A DNA stretch of 64,000 bases from a virus (Duplodnaviria > Caudoviricetes): positions 128,001 through 192,000 of the IMG/VR virus record IMGVR_UViG_3300031993_000008. One strand, given 5' to 3'. The position numbers were made by a program, and so were the translations under genes. Shown here piece after piece: positions 9,905 through 19,273 of the stretch. Below the pieces are notes generated by a model, which had not been told where the DNA came from, searched no databases, and saw only the letters and a program-made list of their open reading frames with translations. How positions within the stretch are numbered: position 1 is the stretch's first letter; every line of letters starts with the position of its first letter.

Positions 9905-10660
9905 TTATTTGGTTTCCTCTTCATTTTTTATTCTTTCCTGTATTATTTTGTAATAATCCTCATTGAGTTCAAACCCTATAAAGTTTCTCTTTGTCCTGAT
10001 GGCCGCCACCGCAGTCGTACCTGAACCCATACAATTATCCAATATTGTATCACCTTCATTGGAGTATGTCCTTATCAACCATTCAATGAGTTCAACCGGT
10101 TTCTGTGTAGGATGGACCTGGTCCTGTCTTCTCCACTTCTGTTGGAACTCCAATACACTGTCAGGGTATCTGAAACCTTCATTGACACTGACAACCTCCC
10201 TTCTGTTGAAACCTATATTATGATTGTTGATGTCAACCTCTGATATTTTGTGTGTCCTCTTGTATGGTTCACCCTTTATCATCTGTGGATTATAGACAGT
10301 CTTCTTACCATTCTTAGAAAAGATACTGATGTTCTCATGCTTTGATATTGGTCTGTACTTGGCGCAGAAAGCAGAACCACTCTTTGATTTCTTCCATATC
10401 AGATCATACTTATACCATTTCAGATTACTCATCCTCAACATACTGCTGAATGGTTCTGTGCCGAACAGGACTATTGCACCACCATCCTTGATGATCCTCT
10501 CATATTGTTCCCACAGTTTGTCAAAAGGTATGAGTATATCCCAGGAACAGGTGGATGTACCATAAGGAAGGTCACAGATGATACAGTCAATGGACTTGTC
10601 AGGAATATCTTTCATTCCCAACAGACAATCCTCATTATATACTTTGTTCAATTCTTTCAT
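9905..10660 (-). CDS. Beta-class N6-adenine/N4-cytosine DNA methyltransferase
   Basis: DLPY motif IV, HPTQKP, DNCMGSGTT motif I; start MKELNKVYN at 10660. Confidence 0.93.
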   Translation of the reverse strand: MKELNKVYNEDCLLGMKDIPDKSIDCIICDLPYGTSTCSWDILIPFDKLWEQYERIIKDGGAIVLFGTEPFSSMLRMSNLKWYKYDLIWKKSKSGSAFCAKYRPISKHENISIFSKNGKKTVYNPQMIKGEPYKRTHKISEVDINNHNIGFNRREVVSVNEGFRYPDSVLEFQQKWRRQDQVHPTQKPVELIEWLIRTYSNEGDTILDNCMGSGTTAVAAIRTKRNFIGFELNEDYYKIIQERIKNEEETK

Positions 10661-11369
10661 TGATAATCTTATAGTATTCCTCATCAGTCTCAAAACCGAT
10701 GAACTTCCTTCCTGTGTTCAGACAGGCAACAGCAGTTGTACCTGAACCCATACAATTATCAAGTACCACATCACCTTCATTGGTGAATGTCTTGACCAAC
10801 TCTTCCAACAGTTTCAATGGTTTCTGTGTAGGATGAAGGTTTGATGTGAGTATATCCCTTTGGAACTTCCACACCTGGGTTGGGTATCTCTTACCTGTAT
10901 CAACATACTCTATAGGTTTCTTCATATTGTTGTCAGTCAGTTTCCCAAGTTTCCCATCCTTGACCTTGTTTGTTCTCGGAGGACCGTCATAAGTCAGCAT
11001 CTGGGGATTATATGTACACTGTTTCTTATAGAACACAGAGATGGTCTCCACATCCTTACCAACCCTTCTCTTCACCTGTTGTATGTTGGTGAGTCTTTCC
11101 TTCTGCCAGTATATGTCATACTTGTAGTCCTTCAGGTTACTCAATCTCACAAGCGAACTGAATGGTTCCTGACCAAACAACAGGATGGCACCATTATCCT
11201 TGATTATCCTGTCATACTGTTCCCATAACTTATCAAATGGGATTATAACATCCCAGAAACAGGAAGTTGAACCATAAGGAAGGTCACAGATGATACAGTC
11301 AATGGATTTGTCAGGGATTTCCTTCATTCCTTCAAGACAGTCCATATTATATACCTTATTGAGTTCCAT
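10635..11369 (-). CDS. Beta-class N6-adenine/N4-cytosine DNA methyltransferase (paralog of the neighbouring gene)
   Basis: DLPY, HPTQKP, DNCMGSGTT. Confidence 0.93.
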   Translation of the reverse strand: MELNKVYNMDCLEGMKEIPDKSIDCIICDLPYGSTSCFWDVIIPFDKLWEQYDRIIKDNGAILLFGQEPFSSLVRLSNLKDYKYDIYWQKERLTNIQQVKRRVGKDVETISVFYKKQCTYNPQMLTYDGPPRTNKVKDGKLGKLTDNNMKKPIEYVDTGKRYPTQVWKFQRDILTSNLHPTQKPLKLLEELVKTFTNEGDVVLDNCMGSGTTAVACLNTGRKFIGFETDEEYYKIINERIEQSI

Positions 11370-12130
11370 CAAAACAATTTGGAATTATATTCTGTTTTCT
11401 CTATCTCCAGTCTCTCTGTTGCCAGCTTGTAGTATTCTTCACTGAGTTCAAACCCTATATACTTCCTGTTTTCCCACAGTGCAGCAACAGCGGTGGTACC
11501 ACTTCCCATAAATGGGTCAAGTACAACATCTCCCTCATAGGTAAACAACCTTATACATCTTTTGGGAAGTTCAATAGGAAATGCCGCCGGGTGACCAACC
11601 TTACTCAATCTCTCACCATTGAACTCCCAGAGTCCATTACTCCAATCTATGAACTCCTTCCTTTCTATTGTGGCAACACCTGTATGTGTCAGTTTCATTG
11701 TTTTCCTGAACACAAGTATATACTCAAAACATCTTGGGAATGATGGAGATGACGGATTCATAAAACTTCCCCAGGCAGTCCTGTTACTTGAATTGTTCTT
11801 ATTCCATACAATGATGGTGAGGACATGGAAACCAATCTCCCTGGCAATCTGTATGAAATCTGAATGTGTGGGTATGGATCCATTCTTACCATCACCTATG
11901 TTTATACACATCCTTCCATCTTCTGCCAGGACTCTGTATGATTCCTGGAATATTTCCCTTATCCATTTCAGGTAATCATCATAAGGTTTGTTGTCATCAT
12001 ACTCATCATATTCAAGTCCTACATTATAAGGAGGAGATGTGATGATACAATTGACAACACCATCCGGAAGATTCTTCATACCTTCCAGACAATCCATATT
12101 ATAAATCTTATTAAAGTCCATAATACTCAT
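11369..12130 (-). CDS. Beta-class DNA methyltransferase, probably N4-cytosine
   Basis: TSPPY, HPAAFP, DPFMGSGTT. Confidence 0.92.
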   Translation of the reverse strand: MSIMDFNKIYNMDCLEGMKNLPDGVVNCIITSPPYNVGLEYDEYDDNKPYDDYLKWIREIFQESYRVLAEDGRMCINIGDGKNGSIPTHSDFIQIAREIGFHVLTIIVWNKNNSSNRTAWGSFMNPSSPSFPRCFEYILVFRKTMKLTHTGVATIERKEFIDWSNGLWEFNGERLSKVGHPAAFPIELPKRCIRLFTYEGDVVLDPFMGSGTTAVAALWENRKYIGFELSEEYYKLATERLEIEKTEYNSKLF

Positions 12131-12371
12131 CCTTACTCATCCAACCTTCCGGTTTAACAGTACTGATATGTACATAGTTTCCACATTCATGTGCATAGAG
12201 GTTTACACAGTTAAACAATTCATCTTTGTCAACTTCCTGTTCCACATAGTACAATGGGTTATGTTCATCACAAAGGTCACAGGCCTTTGCCCTACAAGTA
12301 AATTTTACATCTCCATCACCAAGACCACACTGATAATGGAGAATATAAATCTTAATCTTCTTATTGCTCAT
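12111..12371 (-). CDS. Small Cys/His-rich hypothetical protein
   Basis: 86 aa; middle motif 5 nt upstream of the ATG. Confidence 0.65.
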   Translation of the reverse strand: MSNKKIKIYILHYQCGLGDGDVKFTCRAKACDLCDEHNPLYYVEQEVDKDELFNCVNLYAHECGNYVHISTVKPEGWMSKDEYYGL

Positions 12372-12376
12372 ACAAT

Positions 12377-12388
12377 AAAAATAACAAA
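12377..12388 (-). promoter_or_regulatory. Putative middle promoter TTTGTTATTTTT, overlapping the U-tract of the nrdG terminator
   Basis: Recurrent 12-mer 5 nt before the ATG. Confidence 0.55.
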
Positions 12389-12415
12389 AGGTGAGTCATT
12401 CAACTCACCTTTCTT

Positions 12416-12898
12416 TTATAGTTTTTCACTTATGTCCTCACCAGTCTTCAAGTCAATTATCCTCTGATTGGTTGAACCTCTGAATGCCAGGGAAGTGTCC
12501 CTGTTGGAATGTTCATACAGACCGTCAACAAGAATGTCAGAGAGTTTCAGGATTTCTGGGAAGTGTTTCAGGCAATAGTCATAAGTATAACCTGTGTAGA
12601 TCCATACATCCTTTGTGTCACCAAACCTCTCCCTGAAATTCTGAAGGAGTTCCAACACACCATCAGGACTGTCAAGGGGATCACCACCACTCAATGTCAA
12701 TCCCTTGATGTAAGGTTTATCCATTTCATTGAACAACACTTCCTCAACCTTCTTGTCATATTCCTTACCTGAATTGAAACTCCAGGTCTTCCTGTTATGA
12801 CAGTTTCTGCAATGGTGGGTACACCCTCCAACCCAGAGGGTGGTTCTGCAACCCAATCCATTATTTACATCTGATGTCGTAATACTTATGTACTTCAT
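12416..12898 (-). CDS. nrdG: Anaerobic ribonucleotide reductase activating protein
   Basis: Radical SAM CxxxCxxC (CTHHCRNC), SGGDP, FRGSTNQR. Confidence 0.96.
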   Translation of the reverse strand: MKYISITTSDVNNGLGCRTTLWVGGCTHHCRNCHNRKTWSFNSGKEYDKKVEEVLFNEMDKPYIKGLTLSGGDPLDSPDGVLELLQNFRERFGDTKDVWIYTGYTYDYCLKHFPEILKLSDILVDGLYEHSNRDTSLAFRGSTNQRIIDLKTGEDISEKL

Positions 12899-12900
12899 AA

Positions 12901-15102
12901 TTAAATCTTCACTTCCTTGTTGTGTTTAACTCTGTCTTCTGTCTCTTTCTGCTTACCAAAATTGAAAGCAGTCTTATAATCGCCTGTAAGGTAGCCTGTC
13001 ACGCGGCGGAGTCTCTGAATCTTTGTACTTCCACACTGTGGGCAGGTATCACCAAGTTCACCCTGGTAACCACACTCTGTGCAGAGGTCATTAGGTGTAT
13101 TGACTGCAAAGTAAGGAATATCTTTGTCCATTGCATAGTTGACAATGGTTTCAAGGGCTTCTGTATTGTGAAGTACTGTTGAAGGAAGTTCAACATAAGT
13201 AATACAACCGGCAGAACTGTAACAAGTGAGTTGTGATTCAATATCAATCTTCTCAAATGGAGTAACCTTCTCCCAAACAGGAACATGCATTGAGTTGGTG
13301 AAGTATTCTCTGTCAGATACATTCTCAATCACACCATACTTGTCACGGAATTTCTTGAGTGCTGTGTAGCAAAGGTTCTCTGCTGGTGTGTAGTAAACAC
13401 CAAAGTTCAGACTGTACTCCTTTTTATATTCAGCACATCTGTCCTTGAAGAGTTGTTCAATTCTCTTTGCAAGTGCCATTCCCTCATCTGTGAGATGGTT
13501 CTTACCGATAAGGAGTTGAAGTGTCTCCGCAAGACCAAGCTGACCGATAACTATCGTACCATGCTTTAATGCTGACCTGATACCTTCCTCAGGAACATAT
13601 CCTGCCATTGTGCCATTGGTGTACATAAAGTCTGCTGACTTTGGTGACTGTGAGCAGATCCACTCGAATCTCTCGATAAGCATATCCTTTGCCTCACCTA
13701 TCTTCTTGTCAAGGAGTTTCATAAACTTCTCAACATCCCTGTCTGCTTCCATTGCAAGTGTAGGCATAATGATTGTAACAGGACATATGTTACCTCTACC
13801 ATCCTTCAACTGACCAAGACCATTCACATCCCAACCATTTGCTGTTCTACAACCCATTGTACTGAAATAAGTCCTGGGGTCATTGATGTCATAACCGGCA
13901 TTACCTGACCAGTCAACATTTGCATAATTAGGATAAAGTCTCTTTGCTGTTGACTTGAGGGCCAACTGATAAAGGTCATAGTTTGGTGTACCTGGTTTGT
14001 CATTCACACCTTTCATATACTGGAATATACCACAAGGGAAGATAGGTGTCTTATGGAACTTACCGAGACCGGCAATTGAAACCTCAAGGATTTTCTGTGT
14101 AACCATCCTTCCTTCTGGTGATGTACAGGTACCGTAGTTGATTGATGTGAAAGGCAACTGGTTACCTGACCTTGACTGAAGTGTATTCAGGTTATGATAC
14201 ATTCCTTCAACTGCCTGATAGGTTTCAGCCTCTGTCTGACCATAAGCATAATTGTAAATCTTTTGTAACTTATTTTTGAATTCCTCATTACCAAAACAGA
14301 GTTCACCAAACTCCTTTTCAAGTTCCTGGGTTTTGATTTCAGCATCATCCTTTGACATACCCTCAACAAACCTGTACCAACCTTTGACATGTTTCCTGAA
14401 TGATTTCTTCACATAAGGAACCATTGTCCAGTCAAGGTGTGTTGCTGATACACCACCAAACTGCTGAAGTGACTGCAACTGGAATATCACTGCAACCAGC
14501 TGCATCGCTGTATTGATTGAGTTGGCGGGACGGACATCAGTCTGCCTTGTATTGAATCCCTTTGCAAGAAGGTCATCAAAAGGTATTGAGAGACAGTTGT
14601 GCATACCTGCTGCATATGAATCTAAATCATGTATATATATTTCATTATTAAGATGATTGCTCTTTGACTTCTTTGACATACAGTATTTCAATGCATAGTC
14701 CTTTGTAACAACTCTGGTAACCTCACCCATTCTTCCGCCGAATGAATACTCATCTACATTGGCATTCTGGTTTTCTACATTCTTTGCGAGGAGTTTCTTT
14801 TCCACATCCTTTGTGAGCTGATTCTTTTCCTCTCTCATTGCTTTGTGTTCTGCCCTGTAAATGATGAAGTTCTTAGCAACACATGGGTAATACTTCATAA
14901 GGTACTTCTCAATCTTGTCCTGAATGTCTTCAACATTGATTGATTCTTCCCCATACTTGTCTACCCATTCCTTGATGAAGTCATATACCTCAACAGGAGT
15001 CTCCATCTCCTTTGAGGCAAATGCCTTGTCAAGTACATTGTAGATCTTCTCAATACGGAAGTGGGCACTGGTGCCATCTCTTTTTATTACCGTTTTGATC
15101 AT
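12901..15102 (-). CDS. nrdD: Class III anaerobic ribonucleoside-triphosphate reductase with ATP cone
   Basis: VIKRDG ATP cone, IHDLD, MGCR, TPAENL, YFTNS, CTECG/CPQCG, RRVTGYL glycyl-radical loop. Confidence 0.97.
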   Translation of the reverse strand: MIKTVIKRDGTSAHFRIEKIYNVLDKAFASKEMETPVEVYDFIKEWVDKYGEESINVEDIQDKIEKYLMKYYPCVAKNFIIYRAEHKAMREEKNQLTKDVEKKLLAKNVENQNANVDEYSFGGRMGEVTRVVTKDYALKYCMSKKSKSNHLNNEIYIHDLDSYAAGMHNCLSIPFDDLLAKGFNTRQTDVRPANSINTAMQLVAVIFQLQSLQQFGGVSATHLDWTMVPYVKKSFRKHVKGWYRFVEGMSKDDAEIKTQELEKEFGELCFGNEEFKNKLQKIYNYAYGQTEAETYQAVEGMYHNLNTLQSRSGNQLPFTSINYGTCTSPEGRMVTQKILEVSIAGLGKFHKTPIFPCGIFQYMKGVNDKPGTPNYDLYQLALKSTAKRLYPNYANVDWSGNAGYDINDPRTYFSTMGCRTANGWDVNGLGQLKDGRGNICPVTIIMPTLAMEADRDVEKFMKLLDKKIGEAKDMLIERFEWICSQSPKSADFMYTNGTMAGYVPEEGIRSALKHGTIVIGQLGLAETLQLLIGKNHLTDEGMALAKRIEQLFKDRCAEYKKEYSLNFGVYYTPAENLCYTALKKFRDKYGVIENVSDREYFTNSMHVPVWEKVTPFEKIDIESQLTCYSSAGCITYVELPSTVLHNTEALETIVNYAMDKDIPYFAVNTPNDLCTECGYQGELGDTCPQCGSTKIQRLRRVTGYLTGDYKTAFNFGKQKETEDRVKHNKEVKI

Positions 15103-15123
15103 ACAAAAATTGTTTATTATATA

Positions 15124-15795
15124 TTATATTGTTTCACCACAGTTAAGTTGGTTAACTATGGTGTTTGTGTTCTCATCAATAGTGAAGTAGTTGTGATAAA
15201 CAGCAACTGTACCATTATATACATTCTCTCTTTCTTCCAGGAATCTCACACTCTCGACAGTCTTGTATTCATAATTGTCTGATGATGTACATACCTTGGT
15301 CAGTTTAATATTATAGAGATCTGCCTCATATCCTTCCCTGGTGCAGACCTCTCTCATATCCCAGATACACTCAAACTCCTCTCCTGATACCTCACATCTC
15401 TTTATGACAGTACCTTTCTTTGTTCCTGTGTATTCTGTAAACTTCCTGTCCTTCTCGTCAATATCAAGTGGAAGAACAGAATTATTCTTAATTGTCACAA
15501 TTTTATATCCCTCATATAAATCACCGGCATACACATAACCTTCATCTGTAAGGAACATATGGTTCAGTGTCGATTTCAATACTGTCCCGTCAGTCAATGT
15601 AATTTCAATGATTCCTATATTGTATCCCGACAACCTGGGATGGAACATTTTTGATACCTTTATATTACCATCGTCGTCAAGGCAATATACATTCACATCA
15701 TCACCGGAATCCGCCAGGTCCTTGAAGGATTTGGGTCCTTCTACTGTCCACACTTTGGTATCTCCTGTTACACAAGGATTTAGATTTTTCATCAT
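15124..15795 (-). CDS. Stand-alone mini-intein (Hint domain, 15142-15774) with 7-aa and 5-aa RNR-derived exteins
   Basis: NP|CVTGDTKV block A; TLNH block B; VYNGTVAVYHNYF block F; terminal N|CGE. Confidence 0.88.
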   Translation of the reverse strand: MMKNLNPCVTGDTKVWTVEGPKSFKDLADSGDDVNVYCLDDDGNIKVSKMFHPRLSGYNIGIIEITLTDGTVLKSTLNHMFLTDEGYVYAGDLYEGYKIVTIKNNSVLPLDIDEKDRKFTEYTGTKKGTVIKRCEVSGEEFECIWDMREVCTREGYEADLYNIKLTKVCTSSDNYEYKTVESVRFLEERENVYNGTVAVYHNYFTIDENTNTIVNQLNCGETI

Positions 15796-15817
15796 AAAAA
15801 ATTGATTAAAATTAAAC

Positions 15818-16348
15818 TTAAATTTCTGATTTCGGCGATAAATTATTTATGTATTCATCGACCGATTTTTCACTCTCCAACCTTAAGTTCCAGATACTGA
15901 AATCCTTAAAGTCTTTTGCATCATTTTTGAGGCGGACTTCATTGTCATCGCCCACCTTGTTTGTGTATCTATTGTTCAGTCTCTGTCTCCTTACTTCCTC
16001 TGGAATGTCAAGATAAATGATTGTAAATCTGTCTCTTAACTCTGGGAACTGTTCAAACACATCCCTCACATTAGCTGGTGAGAGGATTGCCACATCGGAG
16101 TTGATGAGTTCATCATAAGAGACTCCATACCAACCGATCCTATAGAAGTTTACTGATATGAAACTGCCTTTATTTTCCATATCCTTAAATACAGGTTCAG
16201 AGACAAAATGATACTCATCTCCAGTCTCATTTTCTCTCCTCTCCCTGGTGGTATATTGCTTCATTGGATGATAGCCTTTTTCCTCCATTTTCTTGATGAG
16301 CCAGTCTTTTCCGGAAGCACCTGGACCCACAATGATATATTTACTCAT
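15818..16348 (-). CDS. gmk: Guanylate kinase-like protein
   Basis: GPGASGKD P-loop, YTTRERRENE..GDEYHFVS, WYGV. Confidence 0.88.
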   Translation of the reverse strand: MSKYIIVGPGASGKDWLIKKMEEKGYHPMKQYTTRERRENETGDEYHFVSEPVFKDMENKGSFISVNFYRIGWYGVSYDELINSDVAILSPANVRDVFEQFPELRDRFTIIYLDIPEEVRRQRLNNRYTNKVGDDNEVRLKNDAKDFKDFSIWNLRLESEKSVDEYINNLSPKSEI

Positions 16349-16505
16349 TCAAATACTTTTTAAAGTTCTCAATGAGGTCACCTTTGAGGTTGTTGTTCCA
16401 TTCATCCTGTGACATTGGTATCTGTTTGACACTGTCACCAGCAAGATGGATCTCAGCAACCTCCTTACCTACATTATATGTTACTCTGTAAATCTCTCCT
16501 TTCAT
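16341..16505 (-). CDS. Small hypothetical protein
   Basis: ATG 16505 lies 5 nt after the middle motif at 16511-16522. Confidence 0.6.
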   Translation of the reverse strand: MKGEIYRVTYNVGKEVAEIHLAGDSVKQIPMSQDEWNNNLKGDLIENFKKYLNE

Positions 16506-16510
16506 ATAAG

Positions 16511-16522
16511 AAAGATAACAAA
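16511..16522 (-). promoter_or_regulatory. Putative middle promoter TTTGTTATCTTT, directly after terminator hairpin 16526-16546
   Basis: Recurrent 12-mer. Confidence 0.55.
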
Positions 16523-16644
16523 AAAGGAGATGATTTCTCATCTCCATTGTAAATAAAATATAATGTATTATATCTTAAAGATTTATCTCATAAAATCAAT
16601 TGTTATCAAATGGCCCGTTTGTAATATTATAAGAATATAAAGAT

Positions 16645-16824
16645 TTAAAATCCGAGATAGACAAACAGAAAATAACAGATGAAATAAAAGACAAAGAATA
16701 TAAGAAGAAACCTAATACCTGTATACAACAGACTGATTATGAAAGATATAAGTTTCCATATGACAGGTACAAGAATGATTATACCTACTATGATAAATGC
16801 TGTTATAATGATTGTTGATAACAT
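16645..16824 (-). CDS. 59-aa membrane protein with two predicted TM segments (missing from the ORF track)
   Basis: MLSTIIITAFIIVGIIILVPVIWKLISFIISLLYTGIRFLLIFFVFYFICYFLFVYLGF*; has its own host-type promoter. Confidence 0.7.
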   Translation of the reverse strand: MLSTIIITAFIIVGIIILVPVIWKLISFIISLLYTGIRFLLIFFVFYFICYFLFVYLGF

Positions 16825-16846
16825 ATGTTTTGTTTTATTTCCAATA

Positions 16847-16878
16847 CAAATATAATGGATTTATTTGATATTTCCAAA
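16847..16878 (-). promoter_or_regulatory. Bacteroidota primary-sigma (early) promoter
   Basis: TTTG-N20-TATATTTG matches the -33/-7 consensus. Confidence 0.75.
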
Positions 16879-16890
16879 TTTATTTTACTT

Positions 16891-16898
16891 CATAAATA
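16891..16898 (+). promoter_or_regulatory. Putative late promoter CATAAATA
   Basis: Upstream of 16924. Confidence 0.6.
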
Positions 16899-16923
16899 AC
16901 TTATAGTATTTTTTAATCATTTT

Positions 16924-19239
16924 ATGGGAGAACTTATAAACATCAAACATTATGATGAATATGTTAATATTCTGAATGAGGACCTGATTCATGGTGAACA
17001 GTCTGCACTGAACAGGGCATTTATGAATGGTGGTCCTATTACATTTGCAGATGGTTCAAGCGTCACTCCTAAAGAGATTGTCAATGCTGTGAACAATGCA
17101 TTGATGTGGCTCAATTCGGAATTTTCAAGAACATTCACCTTTGCAAAGAATACATTGAATATCATATATCTTCCTCACAGTAATAAAATCAAGACAATGG
17201 CTGTTGATGAACATATGAACCTTTATATGAATGTGGGTTACATATATCATAAACTGAAGATGGATAAGGAACTTATCGCAGCCGTAATTATGCATGAGGT
17301 ATTCCATGCCCTGTTTGATCATATCAACAGAGGCAAGAACTGGTTGATGGCAAAAGGAAAGTCAACTACACCCAGTACCTGGCATGATACCAACCTTGCT
17401 GCTGATGTGGAGGTTAACAGGACATTGGTAAGGATAGGTCTTATTGAAGAGGAAAGACTTGTTAAAGAAATAAAAGGTATGTACCTCAAGAAGAGTGACG
17501 GCAGTAGGGATATTGTTCCTATGGAGGTTATTCTTGATGATGAGGAATATATGAAGAAATTGAGGTCAATGTGTCCTCCTGACAGTGAAATGGATATGCC
17601 TGGTAGTAACAAAACAATTGAAACTACAGAAGAATGGGATAATGGATATAAGGATGCATGGAATAAGGTTGCAGGACTTATCAAGAAATATGGACATAAG
17701 GGTGCCTGGCAGAAACTTATGGATGCAGGAATTGTCAATGCTGTAGGTGAAATATACACAAAGAATAACATAGAGGACATTATGGCAATTGAATTCCTCA
17801 CTGTAAAATCATATGAGGATTATATCAATGAAGACTTGAATGTTCCAAATTCAGATGCAGGAAAGACTTATGACAGTGGATTCATGACTGCTTTCAAAGA
17901 CCTTATGAAGAAACTTTATGATAGTGTCAATCCTTCAGAAGGAGGAAGTATGGATGTTCCTGATAATGGTGGTTCTGGTCCTAAATATAAATCAGGTCTC
18001 AAGAATGAGGATCTTGATGAGATTGAATTTCCTAAACAGAAAAGTAAAGACAAGAAGAAAGAGGATGATGATTCCCTCCCTTCAAACATAAAACAGGGAA
18101 GTGATGATGAAGGTGACGGTAATGATTCCGGAGATGAAATGAGAGGAGGAAAATCTGCCGGTGCCGGAAATGATGGAAAGGATGATGATGAACTGACAGA
18201 TGATGACATCAATAAACTTGCAGATGACATCAACAAGAGAACCAATGGTGGAAAGGATAAAATTTCAACACAGCAGGATATTGAATACAGAGGTGTTGGA
18301 GGTACAGGTTCATTCCAGGAAAAGGGTTTGTCTGATGATGATCTGAAAGAAGCAGGATACAGTGATGAAGACCTTGCTGAAATCAATAAGGTGAGAAAGT
18401 CAAACGAGACCAACAATTCAAAGGCCAATATCCAGAAACAGATGGAAAGGATGAAGAGAGATCTCCCAAAGGGTGATATAATAAGGAGAACTCTTGATGC
18501 AATAGAAATAGAGTCCAACAAGTATAAGAATTTGTGGAAAGACATGCTTGAGGACTTTATGTCAAAGAAGACCAGAAGGGCGGGTAGGGATTTGCCTAAT
18601 GGAAAGAATGACTGGATCAACAAAAAGAACATAGCAAGAGGTGAATATGGAATCCACCGTAAGAATACATCCCAGGATCCCCAGGATGTGAATGTCTATG
18701 TGGATGTATCTGGTTCTATGGATTTGGAACTTCTTGAAATAATAAGCAAGTCTCTTGTGGTGTTCACACAGCAATGGGAGTATTCAGGTCTGAATATCTG
18801 TCCTTGGGCATCAAGGAGTAACGGTGTTCATAAGGTTGATGACTTCTATAGTAAGAGTGAAGGAGAGATAACAAAACAGATTCTTGAGATAATATCAAAA
18901 GGTGAGAGTCAGTGTGGCGGAGGAACTGATGCATCAGCAGTCATAGCTGCAATGCTTGATGCAATAGAAGAGTCATTGGGTGATGAAAACAAGGATGAAA
19001 AGGATGATGTCCATGTTGTCATTACTGACGGTTATTTTGACTATCAGGGTGTTGAGGACAGGATTTCCAGGTCTATTATGAGTTCAATCAAGAGAAATGA
19101 TGTTGCTGCCAAAGCACCGGAGAATACATTCTGGATGATATATGATGCACCGGAATCCCTTAAGGATAGTTGGAAGAAGGAAATCAAGAAGGGAAGACTT
19201 ATTTTCATCAACTCTGAGGTTGTAAAGAATAATGGATAA
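16924..19239 (+). CDS. DUF2201-type metallopeptidase plus VWA domain protein
   Basis: TMAVD, HEVFH (HExxH), NLAADVEVN; acidic linker; DVSGS MIDAS, GGGTD, ITDG. Confidence 0.88.
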   Translation: MGELINIKHYDEYVNILNEDLIHGEQSALNRAFMNGGPITFADGSSVTPKEIVNAVNNALMWLNSEFSRTFTFAKNTLNIIYLPHSNKIKTMAVDEHMNLYMNVGYIYHKLKMDKELIAAVIMHEVFHALFDHINRGKNWLMAKGKSTTPSTWHDTNLAADVEVNRTLVRIGLIEEERLVKEIKGMYLKKSDGSRDIVPMEVILDDEEYMKKLRSMCPPDSEMDMPGSNKTIETTEEWDNGYKDAWNKVAGLIKKYGHKGAWQKLMDAGIVNAVGEIYTKNNIEDIMAIEFLTVKSYEDYINEDLNVPNSDAGKTYDSGFMTAFKDLMKKLYDSVNPSEGGSMDVPDNGGSGPKYKSGLKNEDLDEIEFPKQKSKDKKKEDDDSLPSNIKQGSDDEGDGNDSGDEMRGGKSAGAGNDGKDDDELTDDDINKLADDINKRTNGGKDKISTQQDIEYRGVGGTGSFQEKGLSDDDLKEAGYSDEDLAEINKVRKSNETNNSKANIQKQMERMKRDLPKGDIIRRTLDAIEIESNKYKNLWKDMLEDFMSKKTRRAGRDLPNGKNDWINKKNIARGEYGIHRKNTSQDPQDVNVYVDVSGSMDLELLEIISKSLVVFTQQWEYSGLNICPWASRSNGVHKVDDFYSKSEGEITKQILEIISKGESQCGGGTDASAVIAAMLDAIEESLGDENKDEKDDVHVVITDGYFDYQGVEDRISRSIMSSIKRNDVAAKAPENTFWMIYDAPESLKDSWKKEIKKGRLIFINSEVVKNNG

Positions 19240-19243
19240 ACAA

Positions 19244-19251
19244 CATAAATA
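19244..19251 (+). promoter_or_regulatory. Putative late promoter CATAAATA
   Basis: Upstream of 19274. Confidence 0.6.
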
Positions 19252-19273
19252 ATTATATATTAAAGTTTTGAGT

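Noticed and set aside
9905-12130. Restriction-modification system
   Set aside because: There is no adjacent restriction endonuclease. The nuclease at 7049-7906 has a homing-endonuclease-like architecture and a separate promoter.
12901-15795. Intein ORF as part of a split nrdD
   Set aside because: NrdD is complete from ATP cone to glycyl loop, and NPCGE belongs to class I/II RNRs, not class III.
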